Source: Acanthaster planci (Eukaryota). From it: a DNA stretch of 64,000 nucleotides. The translations under genes were made by a program, and so were the position numbers. The DNA is taken from the NCBI RefSeq assembly GCF_001949145.1, contig NW_019091360.1, forward strand, positions 2,415,599 to 2,479,598, given 5' to 3'. Below, one piece after another: positions 49,001 to 61,800 of this stretch. Under the pieces are notes generated by a model. That model saw only the letters and a program-made list of their open reading frames with translations. It searched no databases and had not been told where the DNA came from. The number at the start of each line of letters is the position of its first letter. Position 1 is the stretch's first letter.

Positions 49001-52000
49001 TACGCAAATCTTTCCTCTGAAATAAGCATGCCTTTGCTCTGTTTAATGCCCTGACATGCGTAAGCCTCTGTTAGCTTAAAATTGTGTGCTTAGCAGCATC
49101 GTGAATTGGACCCTAATGTGTATTCATTAGGACTTAACAATTTTTGAATATTTGACTTGACAGAGTTGTCTGGAATTGCTCTTGATGTTGATGCTGATGT
49201 TAAAGATCTGCAAGAAATCCTGGATGAAGAGGACAAGCAGGAAGCAGAGTTTCAGGTTAGCATGTTGGCATGTTACACCTGTTGCTTTAGCTGAGTAGAA
49301 TTTCAAGTCAGCTGAAGAGAAAAGAGATACAGATAAAATTACAGTAGATTTTACCTATTCCCCAAGATCCATGAGGCAGGAAATCCGGGGAGGCACATCG
49401 TTTCTGGAAATGGATCGCCCACTGAACAGATATCATTGTTTGTTAACACTTTTCTCAAACCCCTCATGCCACAAACCCCTCATATATCCACAACATGCCA
49501 GAATTCCTACGAAAGCTGGAAAATATTAAGAACCAGATTCCCAGCACAGCCATCATTGGGACCTTTGATGTTTCTTCCCTCTATACTTACATTCCCCATG
49601 AAGAAGGTATTCGTGCCTGTTGCTCTGCTTTCGTGAAGAGCAGGCACACAACTCCCCCCATCAATGATGTCGCGACACTTATGAGACTTGTACTAGCCAA
49701 GAACAAGTTCTCCTTTATTGGCTAACACTATCTACAGGTACATGGGCAGAGGTGCCCCCCTTGGATACCCTTCCCCCCTCCCATCAAGGCACGCTCAAGT
49801 GTGATTCTAACAGATGCGTTGTTTGCCAGAACCATGTCCTTGAATCGGATACATTCTCTGGACTCTTCTCCGGTACCACCTACAGAACTAAAAGCACTAT
49901 CACTTGTAGCTCTTCTAATGTCATCTATCTTATCTCTTGCAGGGTGTGCAGTGTTCAGTATGTTGGAGAGACTAAGAACACTCTCAAGTAGCGTTTCTAT
50001 GGCCACAGATTACAGTCAACACCAAACGACTAGATGCCCCTGCGGGCTATCACTTCAACCTTCCTAACCATTCTATGTCTGACATGATCTTACAGGGCAT
50101 AGAATCACTTGGGCATCATAAAGATGCTGTTCGCTTCAACAGCAAGAAGCTTTGGATCAAACATCTCCGCACCATACAACCCCATGGCCTGAACATCCAA
50201 GAGAGAAACTACTAATTAACACTCTTTTCTTTCCCTCTCTTTTGTTTGCAGATTATAACCTCCCCCACTTCGGTCCAGTTCGTTTCCTTGTATTTTTTCT
50301 TTGATCTCTTCCCATCGTACATTCCGTTATTGCTTGACCATGCCTTTCATGCAGTCCCCTTCACCCCTTGCCCCTTTATCCAGCCTTGACCTTTCCTTTT
50401 GTCCTCTTGCTTTCATCCATGCTTGGTTGATTCCCCGTTTGCTTGTTTGCCCTGTCCACTTGTCATTTTGCCTTTGAGAAAGATTCAATTTGAAGGGTCC
50501 AGGCATTGAATTTTTCCTTCACTTTTATTTATGGCAACTTTATGTTCCTCTTCAATGTACGAAAAGTGTTTGACATCCTGTTTGGGCAGGGGATGGCAGA
50601 GATCTTGGGGGGGGGTGTCTTGCAGGGTGAAGAAAAATATGTGTATATCTGTATTCTTACAGAAGGAATGTGGGAAGCGCCCAACAAAAATCCTGGATGA
50701 CATCAAGCAAGAGTTCTCCAAGTACAAGGAGGGCAATTCCAAGGCCAGTCGGTCTAACCAAGATCTGCATAATGCCATGGAAAAGCACATTCAGAACATA
50801 CGCAAGCTAGCCAGTCCCCTGGATGAGTTACAGGCCTCCCTCCCGTCAATCAAAGACGCTCAGTGTAAGTATGCAGTTTGCACATATAAGTTGGCCCGTA
50901 GAACTTACCCAGAGTTATGGAAATTGAAACTCACCAGGGCATCTTGGAAAAGAGGCACAATGTATATGGCATTATTTCTCTGAAGCTGAACCAACACTTG
51001 TTGGGTGTGTCTGTGGAATGCATTTGCAGAGATTAAATACATAGAAATTTTTCACGTAGTAAGGGTAATGCATAAAAGAAAAGCAGACAAGGTTTTTAAG
51101 TAGAAAAAAATCCCTTGGCATTCTTGCTTTAAATCATCCTCAATTCCCCACTGTTCTGGAATCCTGTGGTACATTCTATGTTCTTAATTCCAAGAAGCAT
51201 TTAGCCCCATGTTAGGCAATACTGGAGAGGCTGTATCTGATTCTAGCCCTCCAAAAATCAGCATCAGGGGGGTTGTGTTAATGTTTCATGGTCCAAAACC
51301 CTTTTGCCACTCAGCATCAGCTGACAAGGAGGTGGAATCCAAACTGAAGATGCTTAGCAAGAAGGTAGAGGAAATGAAGAACCAGAGGACGAGCCTTGAG
51401 ACTCAGCTGCGAGATCAGCTGCGTAACGATGACATCACCAACCGAATTGTCATCACAGAGGGGGGGAACCTGAAGGTACACGAATTGCTCTACAGTAAAC
51501 TTGTTCAAGTTAATCACAGAGACATGAACAAAACATTGGAGGTATCCGTAGTTCAACTTAAGAAAGGTCGTCCAATGTTTATCAACATTAGAGGTACATA
51601 CACGTTTAAGAATATTCCACTTCAACTGGCTCTTGACAGGCTGGACCATCAAATTGGTCAAAACTTTCCTTTTTTTATTTTTCTAAATGCTCTGTTTTTG
51701 TCAGTTAAAAATATCTATTGTTGGCATTTTTACTAAACTTGAAAAAAGACCAGTCAAATGATGTGTTGCGAATCTTTATTTTTTGTTTGCATGAGTATAG
51801 ACCGCTGATAATGCACTGCAATTGGGCCAGCAATAGCAATGGGGCTTATGACAAGGGTTTTGATTGTGGTCACATGATCACCGTAAAGAGATTCGATTTT
51901 CGATGCGTGGACTACAGTTGGATGAACAGTAGTAAATCACGCTACATTATAAAAGCCTAGGATTATTGTGGTTAGGGCTTGTCCAATGACCACGGGGGTA

Positions 52001-55000
52001 GCATGCACATAATATTCCAACTTGAGAAGATAACATGGTGGTACACCAGACCTTTGTATAGTTTTCCTATATCTCTGTCTTTTCCCCCTTACTCGCTTAG
52101 ACACTCATTTGTCAACAGTTTGTCTTTAAAATTCTCCAATTTTTGATGGAGGGTGCTTTAGCATGTGGAAAAGATTTTTTTGATGTGCATCGGCAAAAAA
52201 AACTCCTGGGACATCAAGCTGAGTAACTTAATAGCTATAATTCGAAAAATAATCCATACCCCCCCAAAAAAAAAATTACCTGAATAGTTTTTTCTTGTGG
52301 CAGGGATTGTTTGAAGAGGAAATGAAGAAACATGACACTATTGTGGCTTACATCGAGCAGAACCTCTCTGCCCAAGAGAACATCTTAAAGGCCTTGACAG
52401 AAGCCAATGCTGCTTATGCTGATACCAGAAAGAATTACGCTGACATTACAAGGAAGTAAGATTTACTACCAAATTATTTTGTTTGATATTGATTCTTCTA
52501 GTAAAGAAACCTAAGGTTCCTCAAAAGTGCAGCAACACTGTAGCCCAAAGATATTTTCATGTTTAGAGTGAAGGAAGTCGTGGAATAGTATCTAGGGAAA
52601 CCACGGAATTAGGAACTGAAAATCCAATCAAAATATCCACCTGGGTGAAATTGAGTGTGGATCATACAGGTGGAAGGCAAGGAAAGTACCACTGCATCAA
52701 CCTGACGACCATTGCTTGCCTCCCCCCTTATTTAGGAATTCATTGCATGGCAGACTCTGCTGTCCCATTCCTCAGTGGGTTTGAAGTATGTTTAATCCAT
52801 ATTCCAGCAATCAGATTCATTTGAAGAGACCTGGTACAGCTGTCCTGATCTGACGATTAATCATGAGATGTGAAGAAAAATAACCAAATCCCATTGTGGG
52901 TAAAACTTTCCCCCTTTAACCCCTGCTCCATGACTGCATATTCAGCCCAAGGAAATTCCCAAGCTTTATTGTATAAGCATTTCCACAGCAAATACCTACT
53001 CCAAGGAATTTCAAGCTCAGACCAAATTTGGTCAGGGACTATTTATCAACTAATGGTTGACTTTACCTGGTAACCATTGCTTAAAACATGTCTTGGGTAC
53101 CAAACAAAATTGACCAATGATTCACAAGTGGTCCCTGCTTGAACCTGGTCTTAAAGGTGGATCAGGAGATGTCCATACAGCTCCATTTGAAGATTTTACT
53201 GATAGGCTATTGCATCATTCATTACACCTCATGTTCCAGACGAGATGACAAGATCCAGGAGCTGATAGGGTCGTACAAAGTGTATGATGACCTCGTGGCC
53301 AAGTCCCACAAGGGTATTGAGTTCTACAAGAAGCTCCAGCAGGAGCTGAGCAAACTCCTTACTCGGACCAAGGGGGTCGTCAAGGTCAACCAGGAAGAAC
53401 GAGAGGCTACCATGGCCAGGCTGAAACCAAAACCAGGTAAGAAGGGTGACCCAAGTTGATTGATTGTGTGCTTCCTCTGAACCCCTTTTTGACTGCAGTT
53501 AGCAAGTTGTGAACTCTTTTTAATAAAAATAACATTAATATTTTGGCATTGTATATAGCATTCTAAATTGGACGGAATCAATCTGAAAGGAGACATCACC
53601 CAAACTTCCAGTGTGAAATAGTATAAATATGTTTATGATTGAAAGACTCATTTAAACTAAAACTGTCTGTTTTTACTAATTCAGATCTCCTGATCCTAGT
53701 TGCTGAAATTCTGCTTTAAAATGTATTAATTATCGCATGAAAGGTAGCTGTTGTTAACCAAAATTCTCAAGATAGTTTCCTCTTTAATCTTTTCTTTACA
53801 GTGCAAGCTAGACCCTCGGCACCCAAGCCTGTCCTCCCTGCCAATCCTGTACCTTCAGGTCCCAAACTTTCTGATTTCTGGAAACCCAAGTCATCTGCCC
53901 TCACCCCACCAGTTGGAGGGGGCAGTATTGGCAGTGTGCCAACGATGCCAGCAGCAGTATCTGGGCAGCATCCATTGCCTCTGGGCCATGGACCCTACCC
54001 CAGCCAGGGTTTAGCAAGGCAATCTAGTTTTGACTCCCCATCAAGCCTGTCTTCGTTGGATAGTTACAGGCTGCCTTCTCAGACGCCCTCACTTTCACAG
54101 TCTGGGTCAGGTTCTGGCTCACCAATCCATGTAGGGCAGCCAAGCAGCACAGCTAGTGACCCATCAAGGATGCTCCAAGGTACTCCTACAGTTCCCCAGA
54201 ATCAACCTTCTGGCCCTGTGTCTCTCCAAAGCCATCCCCCTGCTGGCGGGCTGCCACTCAGCCAGGCACAGCAACCTCAGCCAAGTGTACCACATCCAGG
54301 AAACCTACCACACTCTCAGATCCCCATGATATCATCTTCTGGATCCCAGCAGCCAGCGATGCCTGTCAGCAGACCTCAAATGCAGCAACCCATGAAGCCC
54401 CAGCCATTCAGCCAGTCACAACCCCAACCACCACCACAGCTAGCTTCAGGATCGCTGCGTACTCAGCAAATACAGGCGCCGCATTCACAGCAGCAGCCTG
54501 GATACTCTTTTACCAGCTCTGCACCACCAAGTAGCTATCCTCAGCAGTCAGTCCTTCACATGCCACCTGGCGCCCACCAACAGCAAACTGACCAACAGCC
54601 TCACAGTGTTCAAGCCCAGCCACACACCAGCACAGCCATGGTTAGCAGCATCACAACCCCAATCCCGGCAGCTGTAACTCACGTACCGATGCAAAATCCA
54701 AACAATGTGAATGCCCACCAGTCTCTTAATGGGCATCAGCAAATTCCTCAAGGAGGGAGTTCACGTCCACCGCACCTGAGCAGCCAGATGCAGTCTCAGC
54801 CCTCTGTGATGCCGCAGTCTAACATCCCACCACAGCCTCAGCAAATCAACACACCACTGCCAATGAACCAACCACACTCTGGATACCAAAGTGTCATGCA
54901 ACAGCCACAGAAGCCAATAGCCTCACAGCCTGACAGCAAGTCACAATTCACAATGATGCCAAACCAAATAAGACAGGCACAGCCACCACAGAGTACATCA

Positions 55001-58000
55001 CAGCCTTTGAGCCATCAACAAGGAATGTCGCAGCTGCCAGGTGTCCAAGGAGCTCACCCCACTGGTCCACAGCAGCAGCAACACCATCATTACCAGCAAC
55101 CTGCTCAGCAGTTCACCCAAACACCAAAAGCTAGTCCCCAGCACAGGCCCCAACAGAATACTCAGCCCAGGCATCCTACCCCATCTGGTCCTCAGCATAT
55201 GGGGTCACAACAGTTCAACATGCCACCGAGCCAAACATCTACAGCTAGCCCTCAGCACAGAATGCCTCTGCAACAAGGTCCAGCACAGCCAAGTCCCAAT
55301 CAGCAGGCAGGTTTCGGACAGGGCATGCCTCCGCCACAGCAGCAGTACCAGCAACAAGAGAACCAGCAACAGCTTCAACAGCAGCCTCTAAATCAGCCAC
55401 AGTTCTCAGCCACTCACCCTCAGCAAGGAAGCCCTGTCAGACATGGGCCTCAAGGTATACCTCAAAGTGTCAGGTATCCATCCCAGGCTCAAGGACAGCA
55501 GGCTTACCCTCAGCAGCAACCTGGGTCAGCACAGAACTTGCCTCCAGCCAACCAAGCAGCAGCTTTGTCAGGAGGTGGTATGCCTGGCATGAGACCAGCA
55601 GGTACTGCTGGACAGCCTCCTCATGGCATTGGACACCAGCAAGCTAACATCGGACAACCCTTGAGCCATGCAGGAAGACATCAGATGGTCCCTACAGGGC
55701 AGCAGCCTGGTTCAGGTAGGCAACCCACATCAGTGAGTCAAGTTGTTCCTACAGGGCCACAGCCAGGAACCACGGGTCATCCACCAAAAGTGGGGCAGGC
55801 TGCACAAGCACCATATCCACAGGCCGGGGGTCAGGTGTTGCGAGGTCCACAACTACAGCACCAACAACCAGTCCCTACTCAGCAGCAGCAGCAGCCAGTG
55901 CAGCAGCACAGTGGTCCAGCACAGTCCAACCACCAGCCCTATTCTCAGCAGCCACAGTCACAGCAGAGTGGTCAGTACACTGGCGTTCAACAAGGCACGG
56001 GGTATGCAAACCAGTCACAGCACCTGCCGCAGGGTTTCAGCCAGCCCAGTCCAGTCCAGCTATCCCCAAGTGTAAACCCACCCAACCAAAGAATGCCTCT
56101 TCCAGGTAACAACCAACCACCTGTTGCAAAGCCACCCAACCCAAGCATGCAGCCACCTGTCATGAACCCTCCCCTTCACCCTAACATGCATCAACCCTTT
56201 CAAAGCATCACCACATCCAGTGCCAACCCTTCTCATCCAGGAATGCCCATGCAACAACCTCACGCTACCGCTGTTCTACCCCCAGGAGGATCTTCGAATC
56301 AGCCTTACCAACAGCCGGTTCAACCCCCTCTGAATCAAGTGCAACAGGTCAACAAAGCCCTGAAGGAGGAGCAGCGACGCCTGCCTCAGCCTTCCCTGCA
56401 ACCTGTGAAGATAGACCCCAGCTCCCGTGACTTGCTCTCCAACAGCCCGGACAGTGAGCAGATATCCCTTGGTAAACCCCTGGTACCACAGACGGACACT
56501 TCAGAAGCTTCACCCGAAGATGCCACCTCTACAACCTCAGTGGAGGCCCTCACCTTCCCAACAACGACACCACCCACACAGCCTTATTCGTCTAATGAGG
56601 CAGCGTTGTCTGACATTTTCAAACAAACTGGACTTCCCAGCACCTCCACCCAACCTGCAAAATTGGCAGAAAGTCAATCCCCAGGGAAGCCAATCACAAT
56701 TGTGCCATCCACAGTACCCTCATCAGCAGGACAGTCTGTCATTGCTCGCCCATTTCCTAAGTCTAAAGATCCCTATGATGATAAGCACACACTGGATAAA
56801 TTTGTGGATGAGGTTGAGAGATTTGAGAAGTATGTAGATGGGCTTGGGAAACAGATGCTAAGTGGGCCAATAGTACTTGATGGACTGTGGAAGGTAAGTG
56901 CCCATGTAAATATTAATTTTGGCATAGATGTGATTTTTGCCATATGTCAAAACAGAAAAAATCACATTAATATCATTAATTAAAGCAACCTGGAAATTAT
57001 GAAGCCATGTTCTTTCCTGGACTTTATAATTAATATGTAAGCACCCAGTCAGTTTCCCTGCATGGTTTGTGTGATAGTTTGCGTTAAAAAAAAGCCGTAT
57101 CCTATTAAGTGATCCTCATTCCCCACTTCACGGGTTGTACATGTATCGTGTATTTGGGGCGTGATCTGTGGCTACATGTACGGTGTTTCCTGGTTTTATG
57201 GCATCTGACCAGCTCTCCACGAACAATGAAACTTTAAAACTATTAATGTTAGTTGTGCTTGCCAATTAACAGACAAGGTGGTTATGATGATTGAGAAGGA
57301 GGCCTCATATATTATAATTGACTGTCCTTTTTTACTTAAGGAACTGAGTGAAGCACAGGATCGTGACACCAGGCATTGTTCCATTGCTGTTGCCCGTTGC
57401 TACTCTATCAAGAACAGACATCCGGATGTAATGCCATGTAAGATGTAACACCTTTCAAATTGTTATTATTAGATTCAGTACTTTATGATAATTGTAACAC
57501 TGGGGAATGAATGTTTGCCAGTATGATTTGTGGATAAGTTGGTCACTAACGCTGCTGAAAGTCTTCTACTTCCCGTTTATACTTCAAATTTTATGCAAGG
57601 AATTGTGCTTTGCACAATGAAAGTTAAGACCCCCAAAAATACTCTGCTTTCCAATTACCTGACCGACCCTAATTTTTCAGTGCGACCCTAAAATTTGTTT
57701 TGGCAAGTTAGAAAATGAATAAAAAATGAAATAATATTATATATATTATATTCGAATTGACTCGGCCCTATGAAAATGAATATTGCAAAAAGATGTCTGC
57801 AAGTTAATTCACAGAACTTAGTCAGTTGTCTGTGTGTGTAGTTTCTGTGTTCATAAGTTAAATTTGAGGTTGCTTGTACTTGAAGTGAACGTGCTTCCGC
57901 AAAGTTTCCTGCCATGGCACAATGTTTATTGCCACCTGTCTGGATGCATCATGGATGCTTACCACACGATACACTGACATTGTTGGCCAGTTTGCCGTCG

Positions 58001-61000
58001 TGATTACCTAACTAGTATTGTGCATAGTGGTGTATTATTGTCCATAATTCTTAACAAATGTCAACTGCAGAAATTTTTACATAGATTAAGGCACTTTTTG
58101 AGGCAATTTTTGGTAGCTTTCGTTCCCAGTCTTACCATTCGATTTAGCACAAAACAATTGACCCCCCCAAAAAATAATTCCCACCTAACGCCCCTTTTTG
58201 AGATGCATGTAATCGGAAGCATAACTACTTTGGGGGGGCCTAAACTGTAATGAAAAGGCTTAAGAAAATGGGAAGTTCTTCTTGCTCACCTGTATGTCAT
58301 TGATTTGTTTTACTTGTCTCTGGAAAGGATAGAAAACATGTATTTTTCCCTTTTTATATAATGTGTAGATGATCATAATCGTGTCAAGCTTCAAACTGGC
58401 AAGGATGATTACATCAATGCCAGTTTCATCAATGATTTATCCCCGGCCTCCCCTCGCTTCATTGCCACCCAAGCTCCTGTAACCTCTGCCTTCAGTGATT
58501 TCTGGTTGATGGTCTATGAGCAGCAGGTTTCCTTGATAGCCATGCTAGTTTCCCAGGCGCCCACAGCCAAGGTAGGTGTACTGTGCTCCTTATGTGACAC
58601 ATGTCACCTGAACACCCACACGGGCCAGCACGCTCCTGACAGGACATGTAGGGGGCACTTTATGTCCTAATTGCAAAAAGGACATTGGGCCATTTCCTGA
58701 TGACAGTTTCATCTTTGCATTCAGCTTGTGGAGTGCTCTATAATCAGTCTGGAGGTCAAATATTATTGTGACATTTCTGCATTAGAAAATGAACTTGTAT
58801 AGAGCTAAAGTCTCTCTACTCGGAACTAAATTTTATGTAACCAAAGCCTGAAGCTGAATAGTTGAAGCAATGATTTGTAAACCCTCTGTTGTGTTTTCAG
58901 TTAATACATGCACACATTGGTGAATCTGACTAGCACCTACCCGCAGGCAAATGGGAGGAATCACCAACACATGGCTGGATAGCTCAGGTGGTAGAGAACC
59001 GACATGGTGTCCTGGAGGTAGCAGGTTCAATTCCCACTATAGGCAATTTCTTTGTTCATTATTAAACTTTAATTCTTGTTTTTCTGACCAGAGCAAAGCA
59101 GATTTTGACCAGTACTGGCCCGAGGAGCGAGGCCAGGTCAAGACCTACGGGTCCATCCTTATCAGCCTTCAGAGCAAGAGATCCACTGACCACCAGATAG
59201 ACAGGACATTCCATCTGATTCACAAGGACACCAAACAAGAGAGGACTGTCTTTCAGCTTCAGTTTACTGCCTGGCCAGAATTGTAAGTTGTAAATTTGTT
59301 GAACAAAAAAGTAGTTTGTTGCTTGTCTTGGTGTTAGATTTGTCCACCAAGAGTTGGGATCCTCCAACGCAAATAGTGTCTTCTCAATGTATGTCATCTG
59401 CCTCATCTTTCTTAAAACTTTTTATTGATGGAATGTTTGAGAATTTGGTTAAAGATGTTTTCAGCTGTTCTCCTGAGCCTCTCCCAATAGGCAACCTTTA
59501 TTTTCATTTAGTGGTTTTTACGAGCCAAATACAAATAATTTGCAACTGAGTAATTGACACATCCATTGATTAATGGAGTAACTGAACAATACTTGCAGCC
59601 CTAAATCTCCTTTTCTTTGTTGTTCACAGTGTCAAGCTGCCTGTAGCAAAAGTCTGATGTGGTTTATTTTATAAAGTACCTGTCCAATTTTTCTTGTGTC
59701 GCTGTCACATCCAACGTATGATTTTTTAAGTTCATTATACACTCTTGCATTCCAAGAGCAATGAATTAATGCAAATTATCTGCCAAGCAAATAGAAATAG
59801 TTTGAAATCAATTTCAGTGATATTTTCGTATCAGATTACAGAGGTCAGGTGTAACAGGGACGCTAGATATAACACTTTTGGACCCTGAATTTATAGAATG
59901 ACCCATTAGTGCTCCTAATGTTGTGCCATTATGACCACATTCATTGATCAGTACACCTGTTCCATACATAACCATGCAGATAAACCGTGATGTATTTGAT
60001 GTAGTCTGGCATTGTTGGTTTCACAACTTGACCCTGTGTCTGTTATTTTTCTCTGTAGTGGAGTTCCGAACCGACCTGCAGACCTGCTTCAGTACATCAG
60101 TGAAGTCAATAGTTACTACATGCAGCAGAGAAGTCTTAGCACTCCTATTGTAGTGCACTGCAAGTAAGTTACTGGACAACTGTACCTGGATCTTAGTCAT
60201 TACCATTGACCAAAAAGTTTTGATATAATTGTATTACATAAGATATACAAAGTGTGAATGTAGGTCAGTTGAAAGACATTAGATTTAAAGAGGATATGAA
60301 TAGATTCAAGGTGTCAGTTACTTGGAAATCCATACCACGAGTCAGTGTCTTTCATACCTGTTTTGAAAAGTGCTCACATAAGACACTGATTGATAGTTGG
60401 AAATTGGACACATTGACTTTATCACCTCACATTGATGAAGAGAGTGTAGTGTTATCAAGTGATAAAGAAATACAGAAAATGGTTGGGGAAAACCCAAACA
60501 CAGTACATTAGCTTTTGGAAGACCAGTCAATCAGTGGTTCACATCACAAGGCTAGATTAGTCTTATGCAGTGGCTTCGTATTTTGTTTCCATAATCTTGT
60601 ATCTGGTAGTTCTGGAGTTGGACGGACGGGGACATTCTGTCTGATCTATTCGGCAGTTCGGGAAATGATGTGCGGGGGCGGTATCATTGACATTCCCAGG
60701 AAGGTGAAGACACTGAGACAACAGAGGAGAGGCATGGTGGCTGAGAAGGTAAAGACTCTACAGTGTCAAGTGGGCAGCAATATTCCTATTTTGTCGTGTC
60801 AATTTTAAATAGTTTGAAGTCTCATTCCCTTGAGCAGTGCACATTGTTACTCAGTCATTGCTACAGATTTCTTTGACTTTGGTCGTTGTGCATAAATGCA
60901 TGCTCAGTGGAACATAGTGAAGCACAGTTAGGCTCCACTTAGTATGCACACTCATTCCATTTCTTTCATTTAATGATAATGCAAGTTTTGTGCTCATTCA

Positions 61001-61666
61001 GTTGAAAATGAGTCGTTCTTGTTGGACTTAAAACGTAACTGTAAATTGACATGTATGCCTGCTCTTGCTGTGTTATTCGCTGGCTCTTGTGAGTTGTAAG
61101 CAATGCAATCTGCAGCTTATGCAAGGAATCAACAAAAGAACTCTTTTGCTACATTCAAGCATGTTACAGCTTGAGTATAAGCTAGGGGATAGAGAACGGT
61201 CATGCTTGGTCAGACTCAGGGGAGTGTAGTCTCACATGAGTTTACAATAAGGCAGATCAGACTGCAATGTGCGCGAAACATTTCTGTCCACCCATGAATA
61301 TTGAGAGAAACACATTGAAAGCAGCCTTTGTTATTTACTTTGAGAGCTTGTAGCGTGTGAATTGGTTTATATTCCACAGCCAAGCCTCATGGGCATCATA
61401 CCAATTCAAGGCATGGAATTAAAACCTTTGGTTTAGTCAGAAACATTGTAGTTAGAGAAGAACTAGCTAGCTAGGGAAGGGTAGCTAAAAGTACATGGCC
61501 AAACTAGATCGATATGAACATCGTTAGGAAAAAAGTCCACATGCATGCTACCCCTGAAGTAGACCATGAGACACTGATTTTGGTACTTTTTTGTTGTGTA
61601 CTCAGGAACAACTGAAGTTCACCTACACAGCAGTCTTGTGTTTTGCACAGCAGATCCTCTCAAAGC
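40061..61666 (+). CDS. PTPN23: Tyrosine-protein phosphatase non-receptor type 23 (HD-PTP): Bro1 + V/coiled-coil + Pro/Gln-rich + PTP domain; 3' end beyond the window
   Basis: Exons: 40061-40147, 40756-40830, 41708-41835, 42211-42337, 43167-43298, 44423-44638, 45013-45117, 46313-46451, 47655-47835, 48574-48719, 49164-49255, 50663-50864, 51315(or 51321)-51475, 52304-52455, 53240-53436, 53802-56893, 57341-57437, 58369-58571, 59092-59282, 60059-60163, 60610-60748, 61606-61666 (6028 nt, phases consistent). Peptides MEAVPRM, MKVACTHFQCAAGAF, GQAQECLLEKS, AKKDNDFVYH, GPDIFKKLVP, YSEEKAKLLR, RPSAPKP, KNRHPDVMPYD, YINAS, WPE, VHCNSGVGRTG. A possible next exon starts at ~63950 (EENDLEIVK). Confidence 0.95.
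42606..42645 (-). ncRNA. Minimal type-I hammerhead ribozyme (Penelope-associated type), in PTPN23 intron 4, antisense
   Basis: Minus strand reads CTC-CTGATGA-C-GAGCAG-AGCATA-CTGTTC-GAAA-CGTC-GAG: complete core, 6-bp stem II, palindromic ACGT stem III, GUC cleavage triplet and a 3-bp stem I CTC/GAG. A partial inverted copy, TGATGACGAGCAG, follows at 42648-42660. Confidence 0.75.
45225..45436. repeat. Dispersed repeat shared with ~48915-49112
   Basis: TAAGCACTGTTT...GGTGCTTG.CATGGTT.TGCTAACGGTTG...CATGCCTTTG...GCCTCTGTTA...GTGTGCT.AGCAGC in both locations. Confidence 0.7.
45778..46255. mobile_element. hAT-superfamily MITE, same family as 18808-19285
   Basis: TAGGGCTGTACCAAAT ... CTGCCCTA. Perfect 8-bp TSD GTCCCTGT (45770-45777 and 46256-46263). 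Confidence 0.88.
46694..47261. mobile_element. piggyBac-like MITE, family A copy (opposite orientation)
   Basis: TTAA|CCACTCCCTGCCGGG ... CCCGGCAGCAAGTGG|TTAA. Confidence 0.88.
49345..50215 (+). mobile_element. Decayed Penelope-like retroelement (RT fragment + Cys-rich linker + GIY-YIG endonuclease) in PTPN23 intron 11
   Basis: Frameshifted and stop-containing peptides: RT FYLFPKIHEAGNPGRHIVSGNGSPTEQIS and TFDVSSLYTYIPHEEGI; then CDSNRCVVC; GIY-YIG NVIYLISCRVCSVQYVGET; C-terminal WIKHLRTIQPHGLN. The RT catalytic YxDD region is deleted. Confidence 0.88.
58972..59058 (+). mobile_element. tRNA-derived SINE head
   Basis: GGCTGGATAGCTCAGGTGGTAGAG (A box) ... GGTTCAATTCCC (B box), then TTTCTTTGTTCA. 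No cloverleaf acceptor stem. Confidence 0.6.
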
Positions 61667-61800
61667 GTGAGTAAGCTGACGTAGTCAGACAAGATCAGTG
61701 ATGTTTTGTCTCCATTGTGGCAGGGACTAAGCTTTAAAGATGTTTTACGTTTATAAATTAGTGATTTACACTAATCTTCCTGTTTGTTTCAGTGTTACAT

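Noticed and set aside
54548..56837. Overlapping alternative-frame and antisense ORFs inside the large PTPN23 exon
   Set aside because: Expected by-products of the CAG/CCA-rich codon bias, with no independent evidence.
58972..59040. tRNA gene
   Set aside because: A and B boxes are present but there is no acceptor or anticodon stem pairing, so it is a SINE head. The same applies to ~9575-9640 and ~22337-22385.
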